Assembly (NCBI RefSeq): GCF_006345805.1
Contig: NC_043013.1
Span: 41,044,001 to 41,108,000, forward strand
Source of the DNA: Octopus sinensis
Taxonomy: Eukaryota
Length of the DNA: 64,000 nt
Reading direction: 5' to 3'
Part shown: positions 23,348 through 37,100 of the stretch, piece after piece
Position numbering within the stretch: the stretch's first letter is position 1
Layout of the letters: each line of letters starts with the position of its first letter
Translations under genes and position numbers: made by a program
The notes under the pieces: generated by a model
What the model was told of the DNA's origin: nothing
The model's input: only the letters and a program-made list of their open reading frames with translations
Database searches by the model: none

Positions 23348-23884
23348 AATAATAAAGTGATTGTTTATCAGGAACAAAATGTTTAATAGGACTGCTATAG
23401 AAGTACTCAAATGAGACATATTAAACTATGGTTCTTTTTTTTGCTTGGACACTGGCTTTTAACAATAGGTTTTCCCTTATCTTGAAAAGTAATTTTTAAT
23501 CGAAAAAAATTTCTAAACGAACTTTTATCTTACCTTATATATTTATATATGTTTCCTATATATATATTTTTGTATTTTTATATCTTTATATATTTCTTTA
23601 TATTTTTATGTATTTATTATTCTAGATGTTATGTTAAATATTTTTTTTAGTCGCTAAAGTATTAATCATTAACTTTTAACCATGATGGACTGTATTCACA
23701 CATCTTATATGCTTGTATTGATGAGTTGTGTTTCATCTTCTGTGATTTTATGCAGGTATATTTTATGTGAAAGAAAAAAAGCATTATGTGATTAAATGTT
23801 CGAGATATGAAATGTTACGTGGATGACCTTATATTTGTTTGTTCTGCAACCATAGTTTAATATATATATATATATATATATTTT

Positions 23885-24170
23885 TTTCTCTAGTTTCAGC
23901 TCAGAGCTGTGGCCATGCTGATGCACCGCCGTTTTGTGCTACACTGTCATTGCGAAGAACCTCGTCTAATATGTGGCACTTGGTGAAGAATGGAGTTTGA
24001 TATAGCTACTCTCATTTGCACCTCTTGCCGTGAGGTAGGTTCATCTGGGACTCTCGACAGGAAGATGTCCAGCTTTGATTTAAAAACCACTACATCTACT
24101 TTGTGCAAGTTCCTCAGGCTCTTTGGGAGAATGTTAAAAAGTTGTGGGCCCTTGAAACCCAGTCTGTTGC
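23885..24170 (-). mobile_element. 5'-truncated 3' end of the CR1-like LINE family
   Basis: Colinear with 18755-19035 (ctagtttcagctc..agctgtggccatgc ... gcacctc.tgccgtga.gt.ggttcatctggg). Confidence 0.85.
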
Positions 24171-26269
24171 GTGCGTGCGTGCGAAATCATACAAATTTGT
24201 ACATCACAATCTAAACCTTAAATTGTGTGAGAAATAACCAATACTGAGAACTCCATGTACATTTCTGTTCATGTACTTTAATCTGAGTTTTAGTATTAGT
24301 TTATATAAAAAAACAAAACCGATTGTATATAAGATATTTAGCAATATCATCTTACTTTATCATAGTTGGTGATATAATTAGTATAACTAGATCACCTCAT
24401 GTTAAAATGTTGGAAAATATGGTGCAACAAAAATTCGCAAGATGATGCAACTAAATCTTGAGAGCGTGGCTTAAGAGCGGAAAAGAAAGTAAACACAAGG
24501 TAAGAGATGAGCCTAGTTATTAGAAAGAGTTATTTCCTCGGTATTAAGTAATGTACATTAGCAACCATACAGATGGTGTTAAGAAAATGGCCCAGGGGGA
24601 AAAAGCAAAGCAAGGATTTAGATTTCCATTTAGTAAATACAAAAAAAAAAGGATTTAGATTTCCATTTAGTAAATACAAAAAAAAAAAATACAAAAAAAA
24701 AAAAAACAATGGCAGTGAACTAAGAAGCAGGTGATCAAAGGAAATAATATAGTAAACAAGACAGAGGCATTAATTTTGTCAATTATTGCAGTTAAAATGT
24801 ACAAAAATGCTTTTAAGAATATGCTACCCTCACCATACAGAACTGTTGCTAATAATTAAAATGGTTTATATCTAGAAACATTAAGTGCAATATTAAGGCA
24901 ATTGATGGTATACTGATCATCTTTTGCGTAATGGTATTATTATAAACCCAAGTAAATCCAGTAAATGCCTTTTTGGGGATTTCTTCATATTTCCTAGGAC
25001 ATATGATAAAGTATTCATCCTATCAATAAAGCCAAATCTATCTTAGTTTCTTCAATGTCAAGAAGAGGAAAATTTGTGATTTCCTATCATTGATTTATTC
25101 CCCAATATGTGGAACTCCAACTACCTCATGAATATCTTATGCATCATTCATACATACATACATACATATAAGAATCATCTTATTACTCTCAATGGTGTAG
25201 AGTGTGCTGCCTTAAAAGAAATTGTCTTAACTGACTACTGTGTTGCTTCATACCAATTCTGATGCTGAACCATGAGTATTTTGTTCAAACATTTGTACCA
25301 CCTTTCTGCTATTAACATTTCAGAAAAGTGTGGCCAGTCCTATACCCGTGGGATGACGTCAGCAGCTGGGGAGCTGACCAGAACTTGGGGCTGACTTGTA
25401 GAGGAAGGAATGATACATGCAGGCAGGGGAGCATTGGTCCTTTTTGATCAGGGTAGCCAACAGAGCTGGTCGTGTGAGCGCTTTGTCAAGGTAAGGGAAA
25501 AGCAGCAGCTATTTTTAGCGTTCAGGTCGGGCCACATAGAAGGGTGCATTACTGCCAGAGAGGTCTGTGTCGACAAAGAGAAGGTAGGCGTCTTTACTTC
25601 AAATCTCCCACATAAACCACAATACCATCCCCTTTACCACTGAAAACAAGCCATCTGTGTGGGTAGTCTAACATTTATAATACAGGCTGCTGAACCCTCA
25701 TGAAATAGATAAAAAAGACTGGACCCTCATGAAACTGACAAGAAGAATCCTTATATAACACACCAAAACTTCAAATGTACAAAATACACATACACCAAGT
25801 AGCAGTGCTGAAACAAATACACAGAAACTTGCGTACATTCACATGTTGGAGTGTTTGAACATGTATGAGTACATTGCTGTCTAAGTGGTAAAAAGCTTGT
25901 TAATTGATGCATCTGATGCAGAGTTTGGTGGCATCCTTCAGCAATGTGCTGATGTGGCAACTTCTCTTTTCTAAGAATCTATCACAAGCTGAAATGAATT
26001 GTTTTTGCAGCATAGCAGTGTTGACCATTTCTTGTACATGTTAGAAGGTTCTATTTTTCTCCATTTATTCACATCATAAACCTTACACATATGCTTTGAA
26101 TTCCTAATCTATCAACCAATCCCAGGAAAGTTTGGTAACTTGGCTTCATATCCTAATAGACAATGGATATTCACCTCTTAAATGTTCTGCTGATCCTGCT
26201 ATTGATACACTGTCCATGTAAATGCACTGCACAGTTTCCATCAATCTGCAGGAATTCACTGCCAATCAA

Positions 26270-26545
26270 AAGCAAGGTGGTATGCAGTGGTATTGAACCC
26301 AAGACCATATAGTTGGGAAGCAAACTTGTCACCATAGAACCACACCTGTGCCTATATATAAATAGGCCACATGAAATAATGGTGGCAAGTAATAAAGAAA
26401 AAATACCAAGTGCTTCTGTATAGTTTCCTTCAATCATATTTAAGGCAATTGTAGAACAGTTGCCAAAGTGTTGTGCAGTGGCATCAAACCCAGAACCACA
26501 TACTTGCAAATCAAACTTCTTAACTACACAACCATGTCTGCATGG
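26270..26545 (-). mobile_element. Two decayed SINE family A head fragments (about 26270-26355 and 26460-26545)
   Basis: caaggtggtatgcagtggtattgaacccaagacc and ccaaagtgttgtgcagtggcatcaaacccagaacc match the minus-strand head. Confidence 0.55.
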
Positions 26546-27384
26546 TAACATTTTTATTACGTCTTGGATATTGTCATTGAAACTACTTTAGCAAACAGTT
26601 CAAGAACAAATTTTAGCTGAAAACATTCAAGTTAAAAACTTGTACCAAAATCTACCATCTCTATAGTGCCAAGACTCAGAGGCATTGATAGAATCATAGG
26701 ATTGATGCAACAATTAATATGAGCAGTAGAAGATAGAAGAATCAGATAGTCACCAGACTTAAAGAGTTGGTGGTTACACATGAGGAGAGGTACAAGTACA
26801 TGAAAAACACAAAACACTGACATTATTGAAATAAAAGTTATAAAACTGAAGCGGCTTATAAATCAGAAACATGCTACCCACCATTTTTCTGGCTTTGCAG
26901 ACAAGTGCTGGTCAGAATAACTGAAGAGTGAGCTTCTGGAGTCACTTGCCCTTAAGAATACCACCTAAAATTCCCCCCCCCCCCGGTTCACATTGCTATT
27001 TAAAAGGAAATGCACATTGGACAATAAGTGGAAAGAAAATGCTCAGGTGGACTTTCTGATTATAGGTTTGCACAATCAAGGCTGACCTAACAAAACCATC
27101 ACCACATGGAATTCAGCAAAAATTCTTCAGTACTGCATACAACAATTGATGAAATTCCATATACATTGTGTTTCGAACTCTTATGGCGTTTATGAAGTTA
27201 TACAATAGCTGTAGGTAAGAGATGAGAGCAATCTTTGCAAAATAGAAGAAACTGAACTACCATTTGAGGTGTATCCATTGCATCATGGACATATCGTCGA
27301 AGAACAAGATGCCAACATAGACACTCCTATCTTGAGCAGGCCTCTCGCCCTAACTAGCTGAGCCTGCATTACCTGAGTGGAGTT

Positions 27385-27735
27385 TATTTTGTTTCAGTCA
27401 TTTGACTGGCTACAATGGAGCATCACCTTTACTCGAACAAATCAACACCCAGGACATTCTTTGAAAGCCTAGTACTTATTTTATTGGCCTCTTTTGCCAA
27501 ACTGCTAAGTTACGGAGACAAACACCAGCATTGGTTGTCAAGCAATGATAGTGGGGAGAAACAAACAAAAACACACACACACGACGGGCTTGTTTCAGCT
27601 TCCGTCTACCAAATCTACTCAAAGCTTTGGTCGATCCAAGGCTAGAGAAGCCACTTGCCCAAGGTGCCATGCAGTGTGACTGAACCCAGAACCATGTGGT
27701 TGGTAAGCAAGCTACTTACCACACGGCCACTCCTA
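27385..27735 (-). mobile_element. tRNA-derived SINE, family A
   Basis: cacttgcccaaggtgccatgcagtgtgactgaacccagaaccatgtggttggtaagcaagctacttaccacac is the reverse complement of the 4493 head. Confidence 0.85.
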
Positions 27736-27959
27736 CACCTACGGTTATGTCCAATATAATTTTTCTTTTACCTTGCATTTCTGCAAGGTTTGCACCAAAT
27801 AAAGCAACAATCAATCACTACTATTCTTTACATTTATGGATTACTTACTCTTATGTACTACAGTTGAAGTCATGCAAGTCAAAATTTGTTGAATGTTGGT
27901 TTCGTGGTTTTTAAACACTGTTTTACATTTTGTTTTACTGTCTTACAGCAGTTTGTTGA

Positions 27960-29190
27960 TGCTTTCTCCTTCTTCGAAGGGGGTAGCACTGTTTCCCCTT
28001 CTTCAAAGGAGGTAGCACTGGTGTCAAGGATGGTACATGAAAACCTCAGCTCCTCAGAACTTACGTCTTCCACGGAGGAGCTACTGAGGGCAGTGAATGC
28101 AATGGAGGAACAAATAGAGGAAAGAAATGTTGCAGCAGTGACCAAGAGCCACAGCAACGAAATTGAATTATCAGGACTAAGCAAATATTAGAACATGCTT
28201 CGTAGGGAAGAGTGCGATGTAAAGGTGCGGTGTAAAGGTGTCCCCTCCCAAAGAAGTTTTAAAAGCAACCTAAGAGAGAACTGTCAGATACAGGACATAA
28301 TCTGTCAAAAAGAAAATACACCACAACGACTGTGTAAGTTGAAAAAGCTTTATTCCTCTGGCAAGGTAAGAAATCCCTTGCCAGATTTTTAAACTTTAGT
28401 ACAGTGGAAGTGCAGTTCCCTGAGGTAGCTACTGCCAGGCTACACTCGGGAATGCCCTTAAAAGATGGAAGTGGTACTTCTACCCATATACCTTGGGAGA
28501 CGTGCTTCCAGGTTTAGATTAGGAGATACACCCACTGAGACTTGTAGCCTGGCTAGTAGCTGCCATACTGCTGGACAACGAAGAAAAGTGTCCGTCCAAA
28601 CTACAAGAATGGCGCACAAGAACTGGTAAGAGCAGAGCTTGGACATGATAATCCAGGTGGCCCCGGAAGACCTCGAAAGCATAGTGGAGACCATCACCAT
28701 AGATGTGACACTCAGGATCAGAGTGGAGGGCAGAATACCGCGATGCTACAAGTGCTACTACATACTGCACACGTAAAAAAAAAAATCATGTCCTTTAGAA
28801 GACAAATGTAGAAGGTTCAACGTCATAAGTTTACTGTTACTAAAATGGCTAACGCATAGAGCGGACTGTCCACCGCCCATAAAGACCAAAGAAATGCCCG
28901 TTAAGCAGGGAAGAAGCCGCACCATCAGTGCCGCCGAAAGACAATATAAGTGCCGAGAAAGAAGGTGAATGAAGGAAATGAATGGGAAAAGGCTGGTAGA
29001 AAAAGAGAAAAAAAAAGAAACCCTGTGAATGTTGACTGCCATCCCACACCTACCCGACTCCCAACCACACCCCACCCTACCCTACAGACACCAACCCTCT
29101 CCACACCCCACCGACACAATGACAAACAAGCACACAGGAGCCCAAAAACTGCCCCTCTCCCACACTAAGAAAAACTGCATTGTTATTTAT
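27960..29190 (+). mobile_element. Degenerate L1/Tx1-like ORF1 (gag-like zinc knuckle), copy A, no ORF2 seen
   Basis: Broken frames LLPIYLGRRASRFR, AWLVAAIL, LDMIIQVAPEDLESIVETITI, RVEGRIPRCYKC..H....CP. Colinear with 29880-30800. Confidence 0.7.
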
Positions 29191-29204
29191 GACAGAACAA
29201 AGGA

Positions 29205-29345
29205 CTATTTACATTTGAGGATATTTGTCATCTTGTTTGTTGTTAACACAACGTTTCGGCTGATATACACTTCCAGCCTTCATCAGGTGTTGTGGGGAAA
29301 TTTCAAACCTGGCTTCTCATTCCTAAGGTATTTTTCGTTATTATT
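29205..29345 (-). mobile_element. Penelope-like terminal repeat fragment with a hammerhead-like core
   Basis: Minus strand reads cctgatgaaggctggaagtgtatatcagccgaaacgttgtgtt, i.e. CUGAUGA, a GGCUG/CAGCC stem and GAAAC. It is followed by a 27-bp direct repeat (29348-29374 and 29387-29413). Confidence 0.55.
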
Positions 29346-29879
29346 CAGGTCACTGCCTGGAATCGAACTTTACCATTAGACACATGGGTCACTGCCTGGA
29401 ATCGAACTTTACCCTTAAATAGACACACGAGACAAGTAAATACGGTAACATTTTCCGATTTAGCATGGCGATACCATTATGTGGCGGCATACTTGGAACA
29501 ACTGTCGAGAAAAAACTACGATAAGGACTGAATACTGGGTCAAGAAAATTGACCCCCAACCAATTACCAAAGTGGAAAGAGCACTGTGATCTTCGCGATG
29601 ATTATAATATAGACATTCTTCAGGAAGATGAAGATTAACCTTGTTTTAAAGTAGTACTAACAAGTTAAATGAAGTCGCTCGGAAGTGGGGGTGGCGAACG
29701 GCTTCATTTCATTTTCCATCCATTATTTTATTCATCCCTTACATTCGTTTTTTGTCCTCACCTTGTATTGTCCCCTCTATGTTGTGGGTAATAAAGAAAG
29801 CTTTACACTTATGAATTACATACTGAGAGTACTGAACGTTTTTGCGTGTTATGACGAAGGTCATTAAGGTTAATTGTCG

Positions 29880-30800
29880 CGTGGTTTCACATCTGTTTTT
29901 GCTGCCTCACGACAGTTTTGATGGTGCGTTACCCCTTGGTACGAATTACCCGAAGCAATTGTTGAGATGGACAAGGAGGAAAGAATGAAATTTGTGGCGG
30001 TGGCCAAAGGCCACAACAAGGAAGTGAGCACAGAAGAGCTGGACAACTCATAGGGAGGAGCACGACGTAAAAGTATCTCCTCCCAGGGGGCCAAGAGCAG
30101 AATGATAACCTACAAAACTTATTCTGTTAAGGCCCAGAGAATTAATGACGAACGGGAAAAATGAAAAGGCAATAAAACCTATCAGGAAATTTCCCACCTG
30201 GCTAGAAAGAGAAAATTCGGAAAGGTAGAGGTGCGGTTCTGGGATGGAACCACAGCCAGGTGACACGTGGCGACCCTCCTGAAAACTGATAAGGTAATTC
30301 TTCTACCCATATACTTTGGAAGGCATGCTTCTAGAGTGAGGGTAGAAGAACCCTAAGATAAATGTGGCCTGGCTGGTGACAGCGATATTGCTGGGCATGG
30401 AGGATAAGATAGCCATCCTCCAAACCACTAGCACTGCTTACAAGAATTGGCAGGGGCAGACCGACCCTGAATATGGTGATTCAGGCAAAGAGATGGTAAA
30501 AACCATAATGGTCGACGATATAACGCTCAGGGTCTAGAGTGGAGGGCAGGACCCTCGTTACAAATGTGACCAAAAATGTCACATTAGCGCCAGTGTCCGT
30601 AAAAAAAAAAAAACTGCACCTCCACCAACGGAAGTACAAAAGGAAACCTAACCAAGAATGGATGGGAAATTAGAAGGAAGAGCAGAAAGGAGGAAGATAC
30701 AAACTGAACGAGGACCCCCATCCCACACCCACCCAAATGCCCGAACCCATTTCGTCCCACTCTTCCCTTGCAGGCACAAAATTTCACCCTGCATCACCTG
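29880..30800 (+). mobile_element. Degenerate L1/Tx1-like ORF1, copy B, no ORF2 seen
   Basis: EAIVEMDKEERMKFVAVAKGHNKEV aligns with copy A RAVNAMEEQIEERNVAAVTKSHSNEI. Also LLPIYFGRHASRVR, NVAWLVTAILLG, VEGR..YKCDQKCHI. Confidence 0.7.
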
Positions 30801-31117
30801 ACATTAACAAAATGAACACAATCATAGTGGAGCCTCAAATTCCCCGGCTACCAAACTGAAGAAAAATAGAGCATAGTGCTTTACAATGCACGAAATGGCA
30901 AATTGTTTAAAAAGGTGAACAGCTGGACGAAACGAATAAAAGTCACAGCAGGCTGTAAAAAGGCGCCCCCACACTGTGTTATAGTGGACAAAATACACAG
31001 TGGGACCGAAAGAATATGGAAGCAATGTGTTGCACTGGCAGAAAAGAATTGACACCAGGTGTCTGCCAACGATGGTGAGTCAAAGACCTTATGAATGATT
31101 ATGATATAGACAATTTT

Positions 31118-34100
31118 TACTTTAGCTGAATACTTTAGCTTTGTTGTCTTTTAAAAAGGACAACATTTATTCTAATATATTCCGGACATCGAAGACATGA
31201 TCATACTACACTCCTTCCTTCCAAGCACTGTTGTAAACAGAAGTGAGCTAGAATGTGAGAACAGAGTTTTAGGGAATCTGTACCACGAGATTTACTCTGC
31301 ATGCTTTAGTTTTGTTGTCTTTTAAAAAGTACAACATTTATTCTAATATATTTTCAGACAACGAGGACGTTACAACGATCATACTACACTCCTTCCTTCC
31401 AAGCACTGTTGTAAACAGAAGTGAGCTAGAATATTAGAACAGAGTTTAAAGGGAATCTGTACCAAGGAGATTTACTCTGCATGCTTTAGTTTTGTTGTCT
31501 TTTAAAAAGGACAACATTTATTCTAATATATTTTCAGACATCGAGGACATTACAACGATCATACAACACTCCTTCCTTCCAAGCACTGTTGTAAACAGAA
31601 GTGAGCTAGAATGTGGGAACAGAGTTTATAGGGAATCTGCACCAAGCAGCTTTACTCTGCATGCTTTAGTTTTGTTGTCTTTCAAAAAGGACAACATTTA
31701 TTCTAATATATTTTCAGACATCGAGGGCATTATAATGATCACACAACACTCCTTCCTTCCAAGCACTGTTGTAAACAGAAGTGAGCTAGAATGTGGGAAC
31801 AGAGTTTATAGGGAATCTGTGCCAAGCAGCTTTACTCTGCATCCTTTAGTTTTGTTGTCTTTTAAAAAGGACAACATTTATTCTAATATATTTTCAGACA
31901 TCGAGGACATTATAATGATCACACAACACTCCTTCCTTCCAAGCACTGTTGTAAACAGAAGTGAGCTAGAATATTAGAACAGAGTTTATAGGGAATCTGT
32001 GCCAAGCAGCTTTACTCTGCATGCTTTAGTTTTGTTGTCTTTTAAAAAGGACAACATTTATTCTAATATATTTTCAGACAACGAGGACATTACAACGATC
32101 ATACTACACTCCTTCCTTCCAAGCACTATTGTAAACAGAAGTGAGCTAGAATGTGAGAACAGAGTTTATAGGGAATCTGTACCAAGCAGATTTACTCTGC
32201 ATGCTTTAGTTTTGTTGTCTTTTAAAAAGGACAACATTTATTCTAATATATTTTCAGACATCGAGGATATTATAATGATCACACAACACTCCTTCCTTCC
32301 AAGCACTGTTGTAAACAGAAGTGAGCTAGAATGTGGGAACAGAGTTTATAGGGAATCTGTGCCAAGCAGCTTTACTCTGCATGCTTTAGTTTTGTTGTCT
32401 TAAAAAGGACAACATTTATTCTAATATATTTTCAGACATCGAGGGCATTATAATGATCACACACCACTCCTTCCTTCCTAGCACTGTTGTAAATAGAAGT
32501 GAGCTAGAATGTTAGAACAGAGTTTATAGGGAATCTGTACCAAGCAGTTTACTCTGCATGCTTTAGCTTTGTTGTCTTTTAAAAAGGACAACATTTATTC
32601 TAATATATTTTCAGACATCGAGGACATTACAACGATCATACTACACTCCTTCCTTCCAAACACTGTTGTAAACAGAAGTAAGCTAGAATATTAGAACAGA
32701 GTTTAAAGGGAATCTGTACCAAGCAGCTTTACTCTGCATGCTTTAGTTTTGTTGTATTTTAAAAAGGACAACATTTATTCTAATATATTTTCAGACATCG
32801 AGGACATTACAACGATCATACTACACTCCTTCCTTCCAAACACTGTTGTAAACAGAAGTAAGCTAGAATATTAGAACAGAGTTTAAAGGGAATCTGTACC
32901 AAGCAGCTTTACTCTGCATGCTTTAGTTTTTTTGTCTTTCAAAAAGGACAACATTTATTCTAATATATTTTCAGACATCGAGGACATTACAACGATCATA
33001 CTACACTCCTTCCTTCCAAGCACTGTTGTAAACAGAAGTGAGCTAGAATATTAGAACAGAGTTTAAAGGGAATCTGTACCAAGCAGCTTTACTCTGCATG
33101 CTTTAGTTTTGTTGTCTTTTAAAAAGGACAACATTTATTCTAATATATTTTCAGACATCGAGGACATTATAATGATCACACAACACTCCTTCCTTCCAAG
33201 CACTGTTGTAAACAGAAGTGAGCTAGAATGTGGGAACAGTTTATAGGGAATCTGTGCCAAGCAGCTTTACTCTGCATGCTTTAGTTTTGTTGTCTTTTAA
33301 AAAGGACAACATTTATTCTAATATATTTTCAGACATCGAGGGCATTATAATGATCACACACCACTCCTTCCTTCCAAGCACTGTTGTAAATAGAAGTGAG
33401 CTAGAATGTTAGAACAGAGTTTATAGGGAATCTGTACCAAGCAGCTTTACTCTGCATGCTTTAGTTTTGTTGTCTTTTACAAAGGACAACATTTATAATG
33501 ATATATTTTCAGACATCGAGGGCATTATAATGATCACACACCACTCCTTCCTTCCAAGCACTGTTGTAAATAGAAGTGAGCTAGAATGTTAGAACAGAGT
33601 TTATAGGGAATCTGTACCAAGCAGCTTTACTCTGCATGCTTTAGTTTTGTTGTCTTTTAAAAAGGACAACATTTATTCTAATATATTTTCAGACATCGAG
33701 GGCATTATAATGATCACACAACTCTCCTTCCTTCCAAGCACTGTTGTAAACAGAAGTGAGCTAGAATGTTAGAACAGAGTTTATAGGGAACCTGTACCAA
33801 GCAGCTTTACTCTGCATGCTTTAGTTTTGTTGTCTTTTAAAAAGGACAACATTTATAATAATATATTTTCAGACATCGAGGGCATTATAATGATCACACG
33901 CCACTCCTTCCTTCCAAGCACTGTTGTAAATAGAAGTGAGCTAGAATGTTAGAACAGAGTTTATAGGGAATCTGTACCAAGCAGCTTTACTCTGCATGCT
34001 TTAGTTTTGTTGTCTTTTAAAAAGGACAACATTTATTCTAATATATTTTCAGACATCGAGGGCATTATAATGATCACACAACTCTCCTTCCTTCCAAGCA

Positions 34101-37100
34101 CTGTTGTAAACAGAAGTGAGCTAGAATGTTAGAACAGAGTTTAGAGGGAATCTGTACCAAGCAGCTTTACTCTGCATGCTTTAGCTTTGTTGTCTTTTAA
34201 AAACGACAACATTTATAATAATATATTTTCAGACATCGAGGGCATTATAATGATCACACAACACTCCTTCCTTCCAAGCACTGTTGTAAATAGAAGTGAG
34301 CTAGAATGTTAGAACAGAGTTTATAGGGAATCTGTGCCAAGCAGCTTTACTCTGCATCTTTAGTTTTGTTGTCTTTTAAAAAGGACAACATTTATTCTAA
34401 TATATTTTCAGACATCGAGGGCATTATAATGATCACACAACACTCCTTCCTTCCAAGCACTGTTGTAAACAGAAGTGAGCTAGAATGTGGGAACAGAGTT
34501 TATAGGGAATCTGTGCCAAGCAGCTTTACTCTGCATGCTTTAGTTTTGTTGTCTTAAAAAGGACAACATTTATTCTAATATATTTTCAGACATCGAGGGC
34601 ATTATAATGATCACACACCACTCCTTCCTTCCAAGCACTGTTGTAAATAGAAGTGAGCTAGAATGTTAGAACAGAGTTTATAGGGAATCTGTACCAAGCA
34701 GCTTTACTCTGCATGCTTTAGTTTTGTTGTCTTTTACAAAGGACAACATTTATAATGATATATTTTCAGACATCGAGGGCATTATAATGATCACACACCA
34801 CTCCTTCCTTCCAAGCACTGTTGTAAATAGAAGTGAGCTAGAATGTTAGAACAGAGTTTATAGGGAATCTGTACCAAGCAGCTTTACTCTGCATGCTTTA
34901 GCTTTGTTGTCTTTTAAAAACGACAACATTTATAATAATATATTTTCAGACATCGAGGGCATTATAATGATCACACAACACTCCTTCCTTCCAAGCACTG
35001 TTGTAAATAGAAGTGAGCTAGAATGTTAGAACAGAGTTTATAGGGAATCTGTGCCAAGCAGCTTTACTCTGCATCCTTTAGTTTTGTTGTCTTTTAAAAA
35101 GGACAACATTTATTCTAATATATTTTCAGACATCGAGGGCATTATAATGATCACACAACACTCCTTCCTTCCAAGCACTGTTGTAAACAGAAGTGAGCTA
35201 GAATGTGGGAACAGAGTTTATAGGGAATCTGTGCCAAGCAGCTTTACTCTGCATGCTTTAGTTTTGTTGTCTTAAAAAGGACAACATTTATTCTAATATA
35301 TTTTCAGACATCGAGGGCATTATAATGATCACACACCACTCCTTCCTTCCAAGCACTGTTGTAAATAGAAGTGAGCTAGAGTATTAGAACAGAGTTTATA
35401 GGGAATCTGTACCAAGCAGCTTTACTCTGCATGCTTTAGCTTTGTTGTCTTTTAAAAAGGACAACATTCTAATATATTTTCAGACATCGAGGACATTACA
35501 ACGATCATACTACACTCCTTCCTTCCAAACACTGTTGTAAACAGAAGTAAGCTAGAATATTAGAACAGAGTTTAAAGGGAATCTGTACCAAGCAGCTTTA
35601 CTCTGCATGCTTTAGTTTTGTTGTATTTTAAAAAGGACAACATTTATTCTAATATATTTTCAGACATCGAGGACATTACAACGATCATACTACACTCCTT
35701 CCTTCCAAGCACTGTTGTAAACAGAAGTGAGCTAGAATATTAGAACAGAGTTTAAAGGGAATCTGTACCAAGGAGATTTACTCTGCATGCTTTAGTTTTG
35801 TTGTCTTTTAAAAAGGACAACATTTATAATAATATATTTTCAGACATCGAGGGCATTATAATGATCACACACCACTCCTTCCTTCCAAGCACTGTTGTAA
35901 ATAGAAGTGAGCTAGAATGTTAGAACAGAGTTTATAGGGAATCTGTACCAAGCAGCTTTACTCTGCATGCTTTAGTTTTGTTGTCTTTTAAAAAGGACAA
36001 CATTTATAATAATATATTTTCAGACATCGAGGGCATTATAATGATCACACAACACTCCTTCCTTCCAAGCACTGTTGTAAACAGAAGTGAGCTAGAATGT
36101 TAGAACAGAGTTTATAGGGAATCTGTACCAAGCCGCTTTACTCTGCATGCTTTAGCTTTGTTGTCTTTTAAAAAGGACAACATTTATAATAATATATTTT
36201 CAGACATCGAGGACATTATAATGATCACACACCACTCCTTCCTTCCAAGCACTGTTGTAAACAGAAGTGAGCTAGAATGTTAGAACAGAGTTTATAGGGA
36301 ATCTGTACCAAGCAGCTTTACTCTGCATGCTTTAGTTTTGTTGTCTTTTACAAAGGACAACATTTATAATAATATATTTTCAGACATCGAGGGCATTATA
36401 ATGATCACACAACACTCCTTCCTTCCAAGCACTGTTGTAAATAGAAGTGAGCTAGAATGTTAGAATAGAGTTTATAGGGAATCTGTACCAAGCAGCTTTA
36501 CTCTGCATGCTTTAGTTTTGTTGTCTTTTAAAAAGGACAACATTTATTCTAATATATTTTCAGACATCGAGGACATTACAACGATCATACTACACTCCTT
36601 CCTTCTAAGCACTGTTGTAAACAGAAGTGAGCTAGAATATTAGAACAGAGTTTAAAGAGAATCTGTACCAAGCAGCTTTACTCTGCATGCTTTAGTTTTG
36701 TTGTCTTTTACAAAGGACAACATTTATAATAATATATTTTCAGACATCGAGGGCATTATAATGATCACACAACACTCCTTCCTTCCAAGCACTGTTGTAA
36801 ACAGAAGTGAGCTAGAATGTGGGAACAGAGTTTATAGGGAATCTGCACCAAGCAGCTTTACTCTGCATGCTTTAGTTTTGTTGTCTTTCAAAAAGGACAA
36901 CATTTATTCTAATATATTTTCAGACATCGAGGGCATTATAATGATCACACAACACTCCTTCCTTCCAAGCACTGTCGTAAACAGAAGTGAGCTAGAATGT
37001 GGGAACAGAGTTTATAGGGAATCTGTGCCAAGCAGCTTTACTCTGCATCCTTTAGTTTTGTTGTCTTTTAAAAAGGACAACATTTATTCTAATATATTTT

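Noticed and set aside
24612-24700. 38-bp tandem duplication ending in poly-A
   Set aside because: Simple slippage duplication at A-runs; no further structure.
25330-25600. GC-richer patch with GALVLFDQGSQ, resembling either an LTR protease or a Tx1 RT motif
   Set aside because: Too short and ambiguous to assign without a profile search.
27886-28191. Host exon candidate (strong acceptor ttactgtcttacag, open 80-codon frame)
   Set aside because: The peptide aligns with the N-terminus of the second ORF1-like copy at about 29950, so it is better explained as mobile-element ORF1.
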